DNA of 62,156 nucleotides, filler included, from Streblomastix strix (taxonomy: Eukaryota), in assembly GCA_008636045.1 (NCBI GenBank). It is 4 parts of 4 records of this genome, joined end to end, with 100 filler letters (N's around TTAATTAATTAA, not from the genome) between each part and the next. Parts side by side here need not be neighbours in the genome. Positions count along the whole stretch, not along the records: positions 31,141 to 46,598 come from SNRW01000979.1; positions 46,699 to 62,156 come from SNRW01000980.1; 2 more parts are not named here. The stretch is one strand, 5' to 3'. The translations under genes and the position numbers were made by a program. The notes beneath the pieces are model-generated. The model saw only the letters and a list, made by a program, of their open reading frames with translations, searched no databases and was not told the origin of the DNA. This document shows, piece after piece, positions 35,460 through 49,152 of this stretch. The number at the start of each line of letters is the position of its first letter. Position 1 is the first letter of the stretch.

Positions 35460-38400
35460 TGGAATTCCATTTTTTATGGTATTTCAGGGGTGAATTATGG
35501 GGAACATTGTCAAAGGAAATATCTTAAGTGACACTAATTTGTAGGATCTAAGATTGAAAAAGATAATAATAATAAGTGATAATATTGTGGTAAAAGAAAT
35601 GAGATAACTGGGAAACTGGAAAATGGTTATAAATAAGACTTTTTAGAAATGATATTAATAATTAAGGGATTTATGAGATCTTACATTGAAAAAGATGATA
35701 ATAATAAGTGATAGAATCGGGGGTAAATGGGATGATAACGTGGGAATTGTGAAAGGGGTTATGGAAAACAAGTTTGGGGATAAAAGATAGAAAAGATGAT
35801 GAAAAACGGATTTAATGTGATGTGTAATAACGGAAGTGACGGAGGTGGAAGAGGAGATTTAAGAAAAGAATTAGAGATAATAGGCAGTGATAATAAGATA
35901 CCATGCACTTTCCAAAATTTAGGGTTGATATGGTATTTTTATAATTTAATCTCCAAAAATAGTGTATTTTGAATTTAAAATTTTATTATAGATTTTCAAA
36001 AATAATATTTATGAATTTTTGTATTTCACAATGCAGATTTGATTTTTTTCATTTTTATACTTTCTTCTTTTTGGTTTTCCGGATAGTTATTATGCTAATT
36101 TCTCTTATGCAATTGACGTGGATATTAGTTATGACGTTGGAATGTAATTTTTCTTCATTTTTATTTGTTTCTTACTTCCGATTGGTGCGTCTTTCTTCAT
36201 TTACGATAATTGATTTCCTAATGCATCGTATTTATAGCCTGTATTAAGGGTTTCAAAATGATTTCTATTGTAAATATCATTGATTGGTGGTTTTTCCCAG
36301 TCTAAAGCACCAAAATCATTGACTGTATTTATGTTTCTGATTTAAGAATGTCTTTCTAAATAATTTAATCAGACACTGATTCCGAGTAAGTTTAATGAAA
36401 AACATCTATCTCTAGTGTATGTAGTATATTCTAAGTTAATTTTCTTAATTATATACCTATTAATCTTACTTATTATTTGAATCAAGACTATCTTGAAGTA
36501 GAACATAATTTAACATCATCTTCAGCACGAAAGTTCCATGAATAATCAGCTACCGGTGATGGAACTTATAAATTAACTGCAATTACTGGGATTCCTAAGA
36601 TCAGAATTAACATCAACTCAACAATCAATAATAAATATATTAATGAAACTAATTCTCGGGGATATTTGTATTCACCATTATTGATGTGCGTAACATAAAT
36701 TTAAATAAATTCGTTCACTGATACTTAAGAATAATACTTCAGAACAATTATCATAAGTAATCTCGGAGCAATATACATTAACAATGCTGTGAACGAGCAT
36801 ACTCAGATGTTTTCAGATTGTAAATTCTCTATTATTATTAATGAAGGTATTGATATTGTATCATCTGCAATTAACTTCATAAATCTCCAACTTGATTCAT
36901 TTTCTAATAGGTATTTCTTGCTTAACAATGGATGTTATGATTGATTAATTGGCATAATTCGATTAAATTCACCAATAATCAATAATTATTTAACTGTGAT
37001 TGAGCCATTCATGACAACAGCATAAGCGCAGTCTGTAAAAATAAGATATTTACACGGAAAACAGTATAATATTAACGATGATTCTTAAATTTAAGAGATT
37101 TTTAAGTAAACACTGAATGTTTAATAAATAACTATGTAATCAATTATAAACAGCATAAACACATTCCCTATCAGAATTATATCTTCATTTCCTGATTTTA
37201 ATTCTGAAGATTGGATGTAAATATACACGATTGTCAACCGATAATAGTATCATGGATAATATAAGCCTGATACTCTTTCATAATTCTCTATTAAATAAGT
37301 TATTTTTCCGGAAAACTATAATTTTTGGTATCCATGGCGCATCATCTTATCACCAAATTTATATGTGCAATTAACTGGTGCTTTAGATTTATATGATGGA
37401 TTATCAGAAAACCGTGCAAAACCTTTTGCAAATAATACATCATCTGTTAAATTCATTGAACTTGAAAATTGGAATTATAATACTTAATGTGATAACTAGA
37501 GTTAAGAGTGTTATACTCCTGTTTTATGTACTTTCGTGGGTAATTTCTAATAGTATCCTCAGATATTGATCATAACTGTCTCAAACTAATTGTAAAGAAT
37601 TACATTTTAAGGAATTAGCGGATAAAGTTCTCAAATATATGTTATAAGTAAAATCTTATTGGAGCTCCAGTATTACGGGGATAGAATATGATATGTCAGT
37701 AATGTCTTGTAGGATAGAACAAATCGCTAGTTTTTAAATTATATTATAACTTTGAAAGAAAGATACAAATTCAATATATGGATGTGTATATAAAGATGCT
37801 TCTCGAGATATAATTTTAATGATCTGTTTAAATTATTTATTTTTATTTTAATCAAATTGTCTTATATGAAGAAAGTGGAACTAGTTAAACTAATCAAAAT
37901 CAGCAATAAAAACATTAATGAATCATTAAAAGTAAATTTGCTTAAAGATTAACTCAATGAATATTTAGACAAAATTATTTATAAAAACGAGGAAGAAGTA
38001 ACTATAATGAATTGAAAGTACATCTAAAATAAGTATATATAAATATTCAGTAAATTCTTAAAGCAAAACGTATAGTTAGCCATTTCAAATAGAATCAATT
38101 TGATTAAGATTAATAAGAATATCGTAGAGAAAAATATTAACAATAAGTGTATATATTATGATGATTTATAAGAATAGAATCGATAATTGCATAAAGATTT
38201 AACTCACTATCATTCTTATTAATATGAATTAGATTTATAAGAATATCGTAGAGAGTAAAACTAATAAGAAACAAATGATTTCTGGACTGATTATATCATC
38301 AAAGAACAAGAATAAGCTTAAAGAATTATGGATGAAGAATATGAAGTAAATCTTCAATATTAAATAATTGCTAAACAAAATAAAGAGATTGTTGATATAT

Positions 38401-39200
38401 CAATTAGTTTAGAGGATAAGATGTTTATGAAATAGGTAATACTGCAGGTATTCTATTATATTTTATTCCTGAGAATATGGAGCAATTTGTTGTTACAGTT
38501 TATTAAGAAAGATAAGGATTTGCTCGAGAACGTACATTAGAATAAACAGGCGATAACAGATAACTTAGTGAGTTGCACTATAATAATGCTATTTAACCAT
38601 TAAGAAATTTTGAAGAGTTTGTTGATAAAGTTTATGAATCTTAACACCATTAAGCATTCAATAAATAAATTCAATTTTGGAGTCATTTATGAAGAATATA
38701 AATATGATTAATATGATTTCGGTTATGTTGATTATGGATATATATTACCTAGAGATACACGAATATAAGAGCATGCTCTTAAAGTTATATAATTTGAAGA
38801 TGATATTGAGGAGTATAAGCAATACATTAAAATTGCGATAATTAATATGTAGAGTTATACATTAGATAGTGCAAGATAACGAAACTTAGCATTCTATTCA
38901 ATGCAAATCAAAACATATAATCTTTAACACTAAATTGTTGGAGCAAATATGAAAGAATTAATCGATTTTTATTGTCTGGGTCGCAAATATATTTTATATA
39001 AAATTACAGGAAATAATAACAATTGTTATATAGAAGCAATAACTAAACCATTACATCCAGATTCAAAGGAGAAACGTCACATAAGTGAATCAATTATTAA
39101 CATTAGCGGAGATTATTAGGATTAAGTATTAGAGTTACGATTCGATTCAAAGAGTAGAAAAATGACTGATTTATTGAAAACATTTGAGGGATCTAATTCA
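35460..39200 (+). mobile_element. Probable decayed Polinton-like relic
   Basis: G-rich ~135-bp degenerate direct repeats at 35550-35750, then packed intronless ORF remnants: 36026-36370 (-), 36540-37691 (+, beta-rich, one internal TGA) and 37866-39200 (+, disrupted). The last contains 'NNNNCYIEAITKPLHP', which resembles the region N-terminal to Polinton pPolB. Confidence 0.45.
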
Positions 39201-39239
39201 TTTACAAGATAACTTAATCATATCTTATACGGTTTGATT

Positions 39240-42200
39240 ATATTAATTAGATTGAGGGAGGGAAAGGTAGAGCTCCTTATATTTAAATGTCTACGATAAC
39301 CAGGATAAACCTGATTATGTAAGCATCCATATATGGAACTACTTTTAATTTGAGACTCTAATTCATTTAAAATTTTGAAAGTTTCTAATGGATTGTATCA
39401 TTTAAGTTCATATCATAATTTGTTTGTACTATTATTGAGCCATATTTGAACCTTATAAATCAGATTTTCTATTAGTTTATTTGTACCATAATCAATAGCT
39501 TTTGTCATTGAAGATTTCCTGATTGAAGTTACTGATTGATTATTTTTAATTGCTACTTATTTCATTTTCAAATATGTTGCTTTTGAACATTCTTCATAAA
39601 TGGCAGGTCTATTTTTCTAGAAAAAGAACCATAATGGTTTATCTTTATCTATTTTTTTTTCTTCTTTGAAACCATTATTATAGCCTGAAAGTTGGACAAA
39701 CATTAAGATTAGCAAGGAATAGAATGTAGGTGTTGCTTTATATGCTTTAACTTTGATTATTTCTGAATATAGTTACATAGCTCCTCATTTTGTCATTTCT
39801 ACACTTGCTCTATGAATCTTTGTTAACCTTAATGTTGAGAACCCCATCATTACTGAAATAACTATTCCCATTAATTCTTTTTCCGATAAAAATTTGATGT
39901 TCAAAACTTTCTATTTTACAAAGTTTAATAATTTGTTTAATCCACAGATTGGTTCTTCTCTCAATTCTTTTGCAACTTATATTAAAGACTTTTTCATTAT
40001 CTGTTTAAGAGCAAATTTATTTATCTTCTTAGCTTATAGCTCTAAAAGGATTCCTACAGCTGTATTACATGCAGTTTAATTCGCATTTGCAGCTTTATGT
40101 TGCTTAAGAAATGATATGAAGTTTTTTATTGTAGTTTCGTGATCTTATACTGCCAAAATGTCCTCTTTATCTTATTCTATTCTCACAAGAACTCCTGAAA
40201 TTAGCCTTTTCACATCCAATGTCTCCTCCATGCACTAAGCCAGCCATCAATAACTCCTTGAACTGCTTCATTGTTTAACCTTCTTTGTTATAAAATCCTT
40301 CTGAATAATGATTTTCCTCTGTCCATTCAATCATTGCAATCATCCTTCTAACCAATGGAAGATATTTCTTCTGTTTTCTCATACTTCTGTTCATCTTTAA
40401 GACGTCTACAATTTCTCCAATTACTATGAATTTCTTCACTATTTTCATCATGCTTGGCCACAACGGTTGAACAGGCCAATATGGTACTACTATTACTGTT
40501 GTAGTTCTTTTTCTATTCACTTTGTTGACTAATGATTATATTAGTGGAATTGGAGGATGGTTATAAGGCGTTTCTTAATACATTGTATTTGAGAGGCAGT
40601 CTTGAGCTATCGCTTGGTTGTCTTGAACTAGATTCGCAAATCAGTTAAATTACTTTTTTCATCTATTCGCAAACATATCCATACTTGGTTTCATTTTAAG
40701 CATCATTGAAGCTTTTTACATGATTTCTTCTTTTTTAAGAAGAATATCTAGGTGTCGATAGTCTAGAATGCTAATCTGAAATTATATTAGTTTTCTCTTT
40801 TATGTGAAACAAATGAATTTCAACGTTGAGTTCCTCCGCTATCTTCTAGATACGATCTGCTAACTTACTTAGTGATGCTGCAGCTGCCCTTTTTTCAGAT
40901 TGTAAGAAATTGCACTATTTTCTGTCTCTATTTTTAGAGATATGATTTGCCTATTCTTTAAGAAAGGCTTAGACCAGGTTCGACAGCAAAGAGCAGCCGC
41001 TGTCTCTTACTGATTACTACTGAACAGCTTACACTTCTTGCATCGATCCCCCTGGAACCAAATTTCTTCTTCCAGGTTCTACAATTTTAGTTAAGCCATC
41101 AAATATCCTATGATGCATCTACTGATAGAATGACTTATAAAGTTTAAATCGATGATCTTATTGGTTTATTCTCCTCTATTCCTGCATTCCACCAATATAT
41201 CTTTTCCATAATGTTTTAATTTTGGATTTGATGTGTATTCCAACTTTTGTTGTTAGCTTTTCGTTGCTTAATCTTACTCAATTTCGTGAAATATAATCCT
41301 CCTCTCTTGAATTGAAGTCTTAGAATGTTCTGTGATCCAATAGTGCTTGTTATTAGCTTTATCTTAACTCATGCTTTCAGTTAGATGATGATTCTCCATT
41401 TTATTCACTTTTTTAACATCAATGTTCTTATTTCCAAGGTCATTTAAATCTGATCTTGATTAAAATTAACTTTGCAACCTAAGAATACCAGTTCCTATCC
41501 ATTTTGCAGGTTTGATTTACCTTCTAATATCTTCTATCCGAATTCTTCTAGTATTTGTAAGAACAGGGGTTGATTATTCATTAGTTCCTCTTTGTTCATA
41601 TCCAGGAATATTATCTCATCGCAATACGCTACCACTCTGATTCCCAGAAGTTCTCTAATGATTCTGATCACTAGAAAGAGAACTTTGTGGAATGTCAAAG
41701 GGGCATGTTTAACTCAAAAGCACATTACTACTTATTTGACGAACTTCCCCCTAAGCTTCGAACCCAGAAAATGTTGGAATCGAGAAACCACCGGAATATG
41801 ACGAAATGCTGACTACATATCGATTTTGAACGTCTAATCACTATTTTACAGAAGTTCTCCAAGAGTGCTGATATCTTCCATTATAAAGTGAGATGACAGA
41901 AGAAATTTGTTGAATATTGAGTAATCTGTTATGTTTACCCACTTATTCGCATCTAGTTTTAGAATCGCAAATTGCCAATATGTCCAGTTAAAATCTTTCT
42001 CTTTGACCTCGATCACTATCTTCTCATCAAATTCTTTTTTAATCAGTTGATCGAGCACTATAATACTCGCTTCTGATCAATTATCTATTTGAGTTTACAT
42101 ATTGCTTTTCAGAATTGATGGATATTCATATTGAATTCAGTATGCTTTGATATCCCTCTTAATTAGATTATCTGAATCAATTCCATAATATGTTAGGAGA

Positions 42201-42240
42201 AAATTAATGAGGTGACCAACAACTGGGAAATTCATGTTTT
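39240..42240 (-). mobile_element. Degenerate DIRS-like tyrosine-recombinase retrotransposon (RT, RNase H, MT-like, YR)
   Basis: RT 'KIDMQSAFRHIPV', 'MCF*VKHAP', 'VVAYCDEII'; RNase H 'VDAS'; MT-like 'DMFAN...HPPIPLI...IVVPYWPVQPLW'; YR 'VTSIRKSSMTKAIDYG'; many stops and frameshifts. Confidence 0.85.
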
Positions 42241-42440
42241 GCGCTCAACATTTGCTGCTAATTATCACTTGATTCAGAAAAAACTCTTGTTCCAAATTCT
42301 GTAAATTTGTTAAAATTTGACTTGTTGAAGATTTATGCAATAGAATTTTTAATTGTTTTCTTCAAAATGAAATCTTAAACAGAGCTGGGGATTGATTCAT
42401 TTCAATTGAATTAGTAATTATTTCTCTTGGAATCGTTGAA

Positions 42441-45400
42441 CAGGGATTTTTTTTCCTTTAAACTGGGTTGCAACAGCCATTTTTGAGCCATTTTTGTTGC
42501 CACCGTGAGTTTTAAGGAAAGAAGCCTATTTTCGAATTCACCTATTTTGACTATTTTTCAAAAAATTCTAAGAAAAAACCCAACTTTTTTAAAAGTGACT
42601 AGACTTGATTAATAACATAAAAATAAGTAAAAATTTTACTGGTTCTAAAATCTTTTAACAATGTACTTTATTATGTTCTAATTCAATTATTTGAACGATA
42701 TAATTATATTTTAAAGATTTATTTTATTAACCTAATAAAAAATTAATTAAAATAGATAGTTTTTTGCTAATTTAAAAAGAATTATTTTTTTCCTTTAAAT
42801 ACCTAAATTTTACATGTTTTTTTCAAAAATTGTATTATACTGACATGTATAATTATATTTATATATTTATAGAGACAAATTCAACTAGAATAAAACCATT
42901 TTCTGAAGAATGCTTGATTGAAGTGAATAATTTGAATCTTCCATGCTTGTGACTGATTATCCACTATTTCTAGGTGAAGATGATCATATGTTACTTTTTT
43001 CTAAATATGGATAGATAAAATGTGTATTATTATGTTTTATATTAATATTTATTTAATTTAAATTATAGAAAATTAATATTACTAAAAAAATTGAATCATC
43101 CTCCACAGGCTATACTATTTTTCCAGGATTTTATTTCGATTGATTAACTGATGCGAAATGGAAGTGAAATTGAAATATGTGCAAAAGCTGTACGAATTTA
43201 GGCACAAAACGGTTAAGAAACATAACGAATTTTGTAAAATGAATAGTTTGTGTATAATACTAATGGAATTTTGGATAATGATTTCAATTAAGATAAGAAT
43301 AAAATACTAAAACATTCAAATGATGCTGATATATTTGAAACTAATTCTGATCATGACGGTATTTACTAATCTTTGAAATTTACAAATTAAAACATATTTT
43401 TAATAAAGTTTAATTTTTTTGTTCTTTTTATTAATAATTATTAAATTTATTGTTGTTATTACAAATATTCTTATATTATTACAGTTCCAACAAAACCTTA
43501 AAAGAGAATATATTATTATTTTTAATCTATAAAACATGAAGAATTGAATGAACCAAAATTTAATAATATAAACAAACAGAGTATGAAGAAGAAGCAGCCA
43601 AAAATTCCTGTATTGAAACTGGAAAAACGTAGTCTTCCTGAAGTCGATGTTTTATTCAATTATTCTTGAAAATTAAATATTAGTTTTATTAATTTAATAA
43701 TTAGTGAAAATTTAAAAAAGAATGGATATTTGATGATGAATTCTATGACTATAAATTGAAAAATAGATATTTTCATTTTGATCCTTGTTAATATGACGGA
43801 ATCTTTTGTTCTGTTTGTTCTAAACATAAATTTGGAAATCAAGGAAAATTCGTCACTTTCCTAGCACTACCGAAGAGAATATTAAGCTTATGAAAACATT
43901 TAGAAACAGAATAACATGAAAAAGTGGTTAAGGAAGAAAAGCAATGATTGAAGTATCCAATTGCCAAAGATAATGAATAATAGTAATTAATTAGAACAAA
44001 TGGTGCAATAAAGATGGTAATAATTGTACATCAATCAATGAAAATTCAATTAAGCAATAATAAAATATAAAGAATAATAATGTTAATAATGAAAATAGCG
44101 CCAATTAATGAAATTGTTAAATTCAGCTATTTTCATCAACATTATTATATAGATTTCTGAAACTTATCGGATAATATTTCATTCAAAAAGTGGCACAATA
44201 AATAAGAAAATCAAAAATCTGGAGAGTCATGCTTGATGTATCTAAAGATGTATCTAACATTGAGTAATTTTGTGCAATGGTCCGGATGATAGATGATTAA
44301 GGAAATATTTTAGTTCTATTTTTAGATTTGCAAGATCTTCAAATAGGAGGTACAAAAGCAGACAATCTTTAACTCAAATTCCTTGAAATGATAAAAAGAC
44401 ATAATTTATATATTAACTTTTTGATTTCAGTTACAACAGATGGAGCTGCATCTTTCATAGGCAGCATAAATGGAATGATAAAGAAGTTACGTGATGAATT
44501 TCCATGGATCTTACCATTTTATTGCTGCAATCATCGTCTACAACTAGCTTTATAGGATGCAATCAATAACTCAAATAATGTAAATTTGAAGATAGTGTTA
44601 GGATCAGAAGATATTTACAGCTATTATCAAGGAAATGTAAAAAGGCATAATGAGTTAAAGTAAATTCATGAAATTAATAATGAAATGGATATGATTGAAT
44701 TATAGAGACCTTCAATTGTAAGATGGAGCTCGTACTAACAGTTGGTAAACTCAATTCTTAGAGAAATTCCTTCAATTCGTTAGCATCTGGAATCTGTCAA
44801 AGATCATGATCCTATAGCGAATAGATATTTTCTTGCAATTAGTAAGAAAGATTTCATCTTTCATTCTGTAATACTTCAAGCAGTTTTGTCTGTCATTGAA
44901 CTAACAGTTAAAATCTTCCAGTAACAATGCATTGATCTTTCTGAATCCATTCCCAGAATCTAAACTTTGATAGATAGATTAGCAATATTAGAGAAAGATG
45001 ATATAACTTCTAAAGAGTGCTCATAATAATGGGGAATTTCAAATAATGGAGAGATAATGATTAAAAAGATAATTAAAAATTAGCAAATTAAGCAAACAAA
45101 TATATCAAATCACTAATTGCAAATTTTGATAAAAGATTCCCATAAAAAGATATTATAAGCTCGTTCAAGATTTTCAATTCAGTCAAAATTCATGAAGATC
45201 AAGAATTTAGAATTAATTATGGTTATAATGAAATATCAATTTTAGCAGAACAGTTCAATTAAGTGTAAAAGTTCAATCTCTTAGAAATATAAAAAAATGA
45301 TAAATCAAAATTATAGAAGAATAAAAATAATCATAAATTGTAATCAACATTAAATTAAGAATAAATTAACTTGAATAGCTAAGAACATGATGAATAATAA

Positions 45401-45900
45401 AAAAGATAAGTTTCAGTTTAATTGAAATAAAAATGGGTTGAAACAAGAAATCTTATTAAAGATGCAGGAGCAAAATCTGTGCAATTAACATGTTAAATTA
45501 TATTGAAATTATAAGAATTTAGCTAACTACTGATGATAAGAACTTTAGCTCAAATTCAAATTACAATCGCATCATCAAATGCACCTGTTGAACGTCTTTT
45601 CAGTGCAATGAAGAGAGTTAAATCTTCAATATGGAATAGACTCGGAGAACCGACTCTAAATTATATCCATTCAGTAATTTTTAATTCTCCTGATGAAATA
45701 ACTGATGAAGATTCGAGAATTATTGGATTATAGTGGTAAGACTAACCTCATAATTTTCGGCTGCCTAAACAGTAAATTCTTTACGGATATATGGATGAAT
45801 TTGAAGATGATAAAATGATTGATGAGAAAACTAAGGTTATCAAATCACAATTTTATTATATTTATTAATTATAATTGTTTTTAATGATTATTATGTCTAT
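42441..45900 (+). mobile_element. Degenerate hAT transposon (ZNF862/Tip100-like transposase at about 43520-45850)
   Basis: Zn-finger 'IFCSVCSKH...KH..TEQH', 'MLDVSKDVSNIEQ', 'VTTDGAASFIG', 'CCNHRLQLA', 'VRWSS', dimerisation motif 'SSNAPVERLFSAMKRVKS..NRL'; disrupted; ends uncertain. Confidence 0.85.
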
Positions 45901-46009
45901 ATAGAAATTTTAATTGATATTTCGATATATTGTTTTTAATAAATATATTAATTAATTTGTTTATTTTACTATTTTAATATTAATTATTTATGTTGAATTT
46001 TATTAGTTA

Positions 46010-46219
46010 TCAAATTAAACTTCAAATAAAATCAGAATCAATCATAATTACTTCTCTTATTCATTTCATTAAATTGATTTATCATTATTAATCTGAATTA
46101 ATCTGAATTGTTCCTGGAAAGTACTTAATTCAAATGAAACTTCAATTAAAATCAGAATCAATCATAATAAATCCTTTTATTCATTTCATTAAATTGATTT
46201 ATCAATATTAATCTGAATA
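46010..46219. repeat. Imperfect direct repeat, about 90-bp units at 120-bp period
   Basis: 46010-46099 versus 46130-46219. Confidence 0.85.
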
Positions 46220-46323
46220 TTCCTCTGGATTATAAACTACCTCCTACGGAGATAGTGAGCTCTTCGATTGTTTAATGACTCTCAGGGCACCCGCCAATGG
46301 GCCCAGCCCGAAAAAGTCGTTAC

Positions 46324-46598
46324 ATGTCAAAAAAAAAATAATAATCAAGTTCGTCGCAAGAGCATGGCCCCTCGGTGTACGACGATGACAGGAAAGCACT
46401 TTTGGTTCAGGCATTCATGCCCAAACCCGAAATCGGGGCCTTTTTAGCGGACTAAGGTTTTGCCCCGCCGACTTTTGATAAGGACGACCCTAGTTTTATA
46501 GAGAAGTTAGATGCACTCAAGATATACATGATAGGTAAACAAATGGCGTTCGAGGACCTAACCTAGAGATTTCCAGCAATGAACAACACGTTTTCGAG
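46324..46598 (+). CDS. 5' part of a GC-richer ORF, possibly ORF1/gag of another retroelement
   Basis: Sharp GC rise at about 46230; ATG 46324 (MSKKKQQSSSSQEHGPSVYDDDRKALLV...) is open to the contig end. Confidence 0.4.
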
Positions 46599-46698
46599 NN
46601 NNNNNNNNNNNNNNNNNNNNNNNNNNNNNNNNNNNNNNNNNNTTAATTAATTAANNNNNNNNNNNNNNNNNNNNNNNNNNNNNNNNNNNNNNNNNNNN
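46599..46698. other. Artificial contig linker
   Basis: N44-TTAATTAATTAA-N44. Confidence 0.97.
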
Positions 46699-46777
46699 TA
46701 ATTATTATTTTTCATTATTTAATATTATTATTTTATAATCATTATTTTATTTAACATTATTTATTTTATTTTTCTAT

Positions 46778-46960
46778 GTGGGGCACTCTCCATATTCTCA
46801 TAACTACTATCAAAAATAAACAAAACTTTGCATTTGGGGGTTAAGGGAGGAGGCCATACCCCTATTTTTGGGAGACATCCAAAAACCAAAACTTTGCATG
46901 TCGTTGACCTCCAAAAACCAAAACTTTGCATTGAAAAGTAAAGAGGGGGTATCATACCTT
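46778..46960. repeat. G/C-rich non-coding region with 3 copies of CAAAACTTTGCAT; probable subterminal/TIR segment
   Basis: Copies near 46821, 46887 and 46919; the last two share TCCAAAAACCAAAACTTTGCAT. Confidence 0.6.
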
Positions 46961-47056
46961 TACCTTTTGAAATTTCTGCACAACTTTATTGATTTTCGTG
47001 TTTTATATGTTAGTTGTCTAATAAAAAAGCAAAAATAATTATGAAACTAAAGAATT

Positions 47057-47659
47057 TCAAATATCATCATATTCATCATCTTCATCATCAACAAATTCAT
47101 CTAATGGATCATTTAACATTTAATACTGAAATTATCTTGGTTAATCATTTGGATTAGGATTTGTGACGGTATCTTAGATATCATTAGGTTTTATTTTAGA
47201 CTTTTCATAGTGAAAACCATCTTAATCGCCTTGTACTTCACTTAAATCATTAGGAACATTGTAGATAGTTAACAATTAATACATTGTTTTATCTTTATTG
47301 CTTTTAAACATAATATCAATTTAATTTTCAGAAATTTTCAGGAATTTTTATAAAATAAATTTTGTACGTTATATATTTAAATTGATATCTTCAGTAATTC
47401 TATAATATTTTTCTGATTCTTCTTCGAAATACCTAAATCCTTTATAATCTTGCGTATTTCCTAGATATATTGCTCTTTTAATTATTTAATCAAGATTTTT
47501 GATACTAATGTTCATTATGTCAGTCTTCTCTATTAACTAATTTAATTCTTCTAGCTTTTCGTGGGAAATCATATAAAATTTACGAGCTAAATCGATATCA
47601 TTAATTTTAAGATAGTTTTCGATGAATGTGTTTGCAAATATTTATGTAGATGATTTCAT
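47057..47659 (-). CDS. Hypothetical viral protein (200 aa, acidic tail)
   Basis: Open from ATG to TGA with TAR=Gln: MKSSTQIFANTF...DDEDDEYDDI. Confidence 0.75.
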
Positions 47660-47871
47660 TTTTATTTGTTTTCTTTCGAAAAATTAAAAATGGTGTTTTA
47701 AATGAAAAAGTTCATGAGTGAAATTTAGTAAAAAAAGTTTGAAAAATATTTCTGATAATAATAATTAATTCCGGTAGATTATTCGTTATGGAATTATTAT
47801 GCTATTTTTACCATTCATTGTATCTTTAAATTAGTAGCAAAGTGCTTCTGCGATAAGAATTTTATATTGAA

Positions 47872-48648
47872 ATGGCATTAACAAAGCATGTGAACTCACT
47901 TTTAGAGAATATCAATGAAAATAGACATGACACTTAATCTATTATTCATCCTGAGATCAATTTCACTTATAACTCCATAAACCTTCTCATTGGATAACGT
48001 GGTAGCGGGAAAACTTATAATGTCTTTAAAGAAATAATTAAGTTAAGTTAACTAAAAAATCATAACTATACTTTATTTATCTATGTTACTGATACTAATA
48101 ATGACTAAACTTATAAGAAAATGAAACATTTGATAAAGATACCAACAAAAATAGTAACATATTCATAAGCAGATGCTACATTAGATGATTTGATAGAATG
48201 TAAGCAAGCTTATGATTAAGTAATTGATTAACATATTGATGATAAATTAGATGAAACATCTCGAAAAGAAATTCTTGAAACTGTTGGCGCATAAGATTTC
48301 AAAATGAAATCGCCGCATACAATCGTATTGTTCGATGATGCAATGTCAATTTTCAAAAATAAAATGAGTCCGCTTTTCAAGAAATTATTTAAGAGTAGAT
48401 AACCAAGAATCACTTATTTCCTTTGTTTACAAGATATTATTGGACTTGATGCAGCAATTAAATCAAATGTTGATTCAATTTATTTCTTTGGTGCATTTAA
48501 TAGATAAAAATTCAATTTATTCTTTTATTAATCATCAATTCCAATTGATAAGGAAGAACTTTGGCAATAATATGTATAACTTCCAAAAAGAGAAGCATTA
48601 CTGGTTAAGTATAATGAGGATGGAACAACAATTGAAATATTGTCGTGA
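47872..48648 (+). CDS. A32/FtsK-HerA-like genome packaging ATPase (258 aa)
   Basis: Walker A 'LLIGQRGSGKT', Walker B 'TIVLFDDAM', 'KSRQPRITYFLCLQ...IKSNVDSIYFF'. Confidence 0.9.
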
Positions 48649-48654
48649 TTCTGG

Positions 48655-49053
48655 TCATTAAATGTCTTCTTCTGATATAATATTTTTAACCAACAATGCA
48701 TTTATTAAATTTTCCAATCTTTAATCAATATTTTGCATCTACTCAATGGTTTCTGATTATTTTTCCATTTTATATTCTTTGGGCCATAATCTCAATGATA
48801 TTTAACCTTTCAATCTGGTAATTTTATAACCTCCTTTAATCTTATATTACATATTCAATTTAAGTGTTGATAACTTCTCTATTTCTTCCTTATTCATTGC
48901 TAGATATTACTTAAACTCATTCACGTTTTCAAAAACTATTGGATCTGGATTAAATTTTTCCATGATTTATATTTCTGGAATGTTTTCAACGGATGTCTTT
49001 AATGGAGTCCTAGTGCGGCTACCAGCACGATTATCAAAGATTACTCGAGTCAT
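48655..49053 (-). CDS. Hypothetical viral protein (about 132 aa; alternative in-frame starts at 49083 and 48963)
   Basis: MTRVIFDNRAGSRTRTPLK...KLNMQYKIKGGYKITRLKGQISLR...; TGA at 48655. Confidence 0.7.
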
Positions 49054-49152
49054 ATTGAGTCGTAATGCGTCGCAATGTTTCATTCCCTCAAAAATAACTC
49101 ATTCTCAAAAATTCGTTCAGAAATGCGAAGCATTATTGCAAATCGAAGATTT

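Noticed and set aside
39240..42240. RT as a retron/DGR diversifying the viral fibre
   Set aside because: The RT-RNaseH-MT-YR layout is a DIRS retrotransposon; it is decayed, on another contig, and no TR/VR pair was seen
46801..46810. ACTACT as a Polinton AGTAGT terminus
   Set aside because: Wrong orientation for a left end and only two units; no TSD can be identified
48964..49090. GC-richer hairpin-prone stretch as a VA-RNA-like ncRNA
   Set aside because: It reads in frame as the N-terminus of the 48655 ORF and lies downstream of the shared upstream motif
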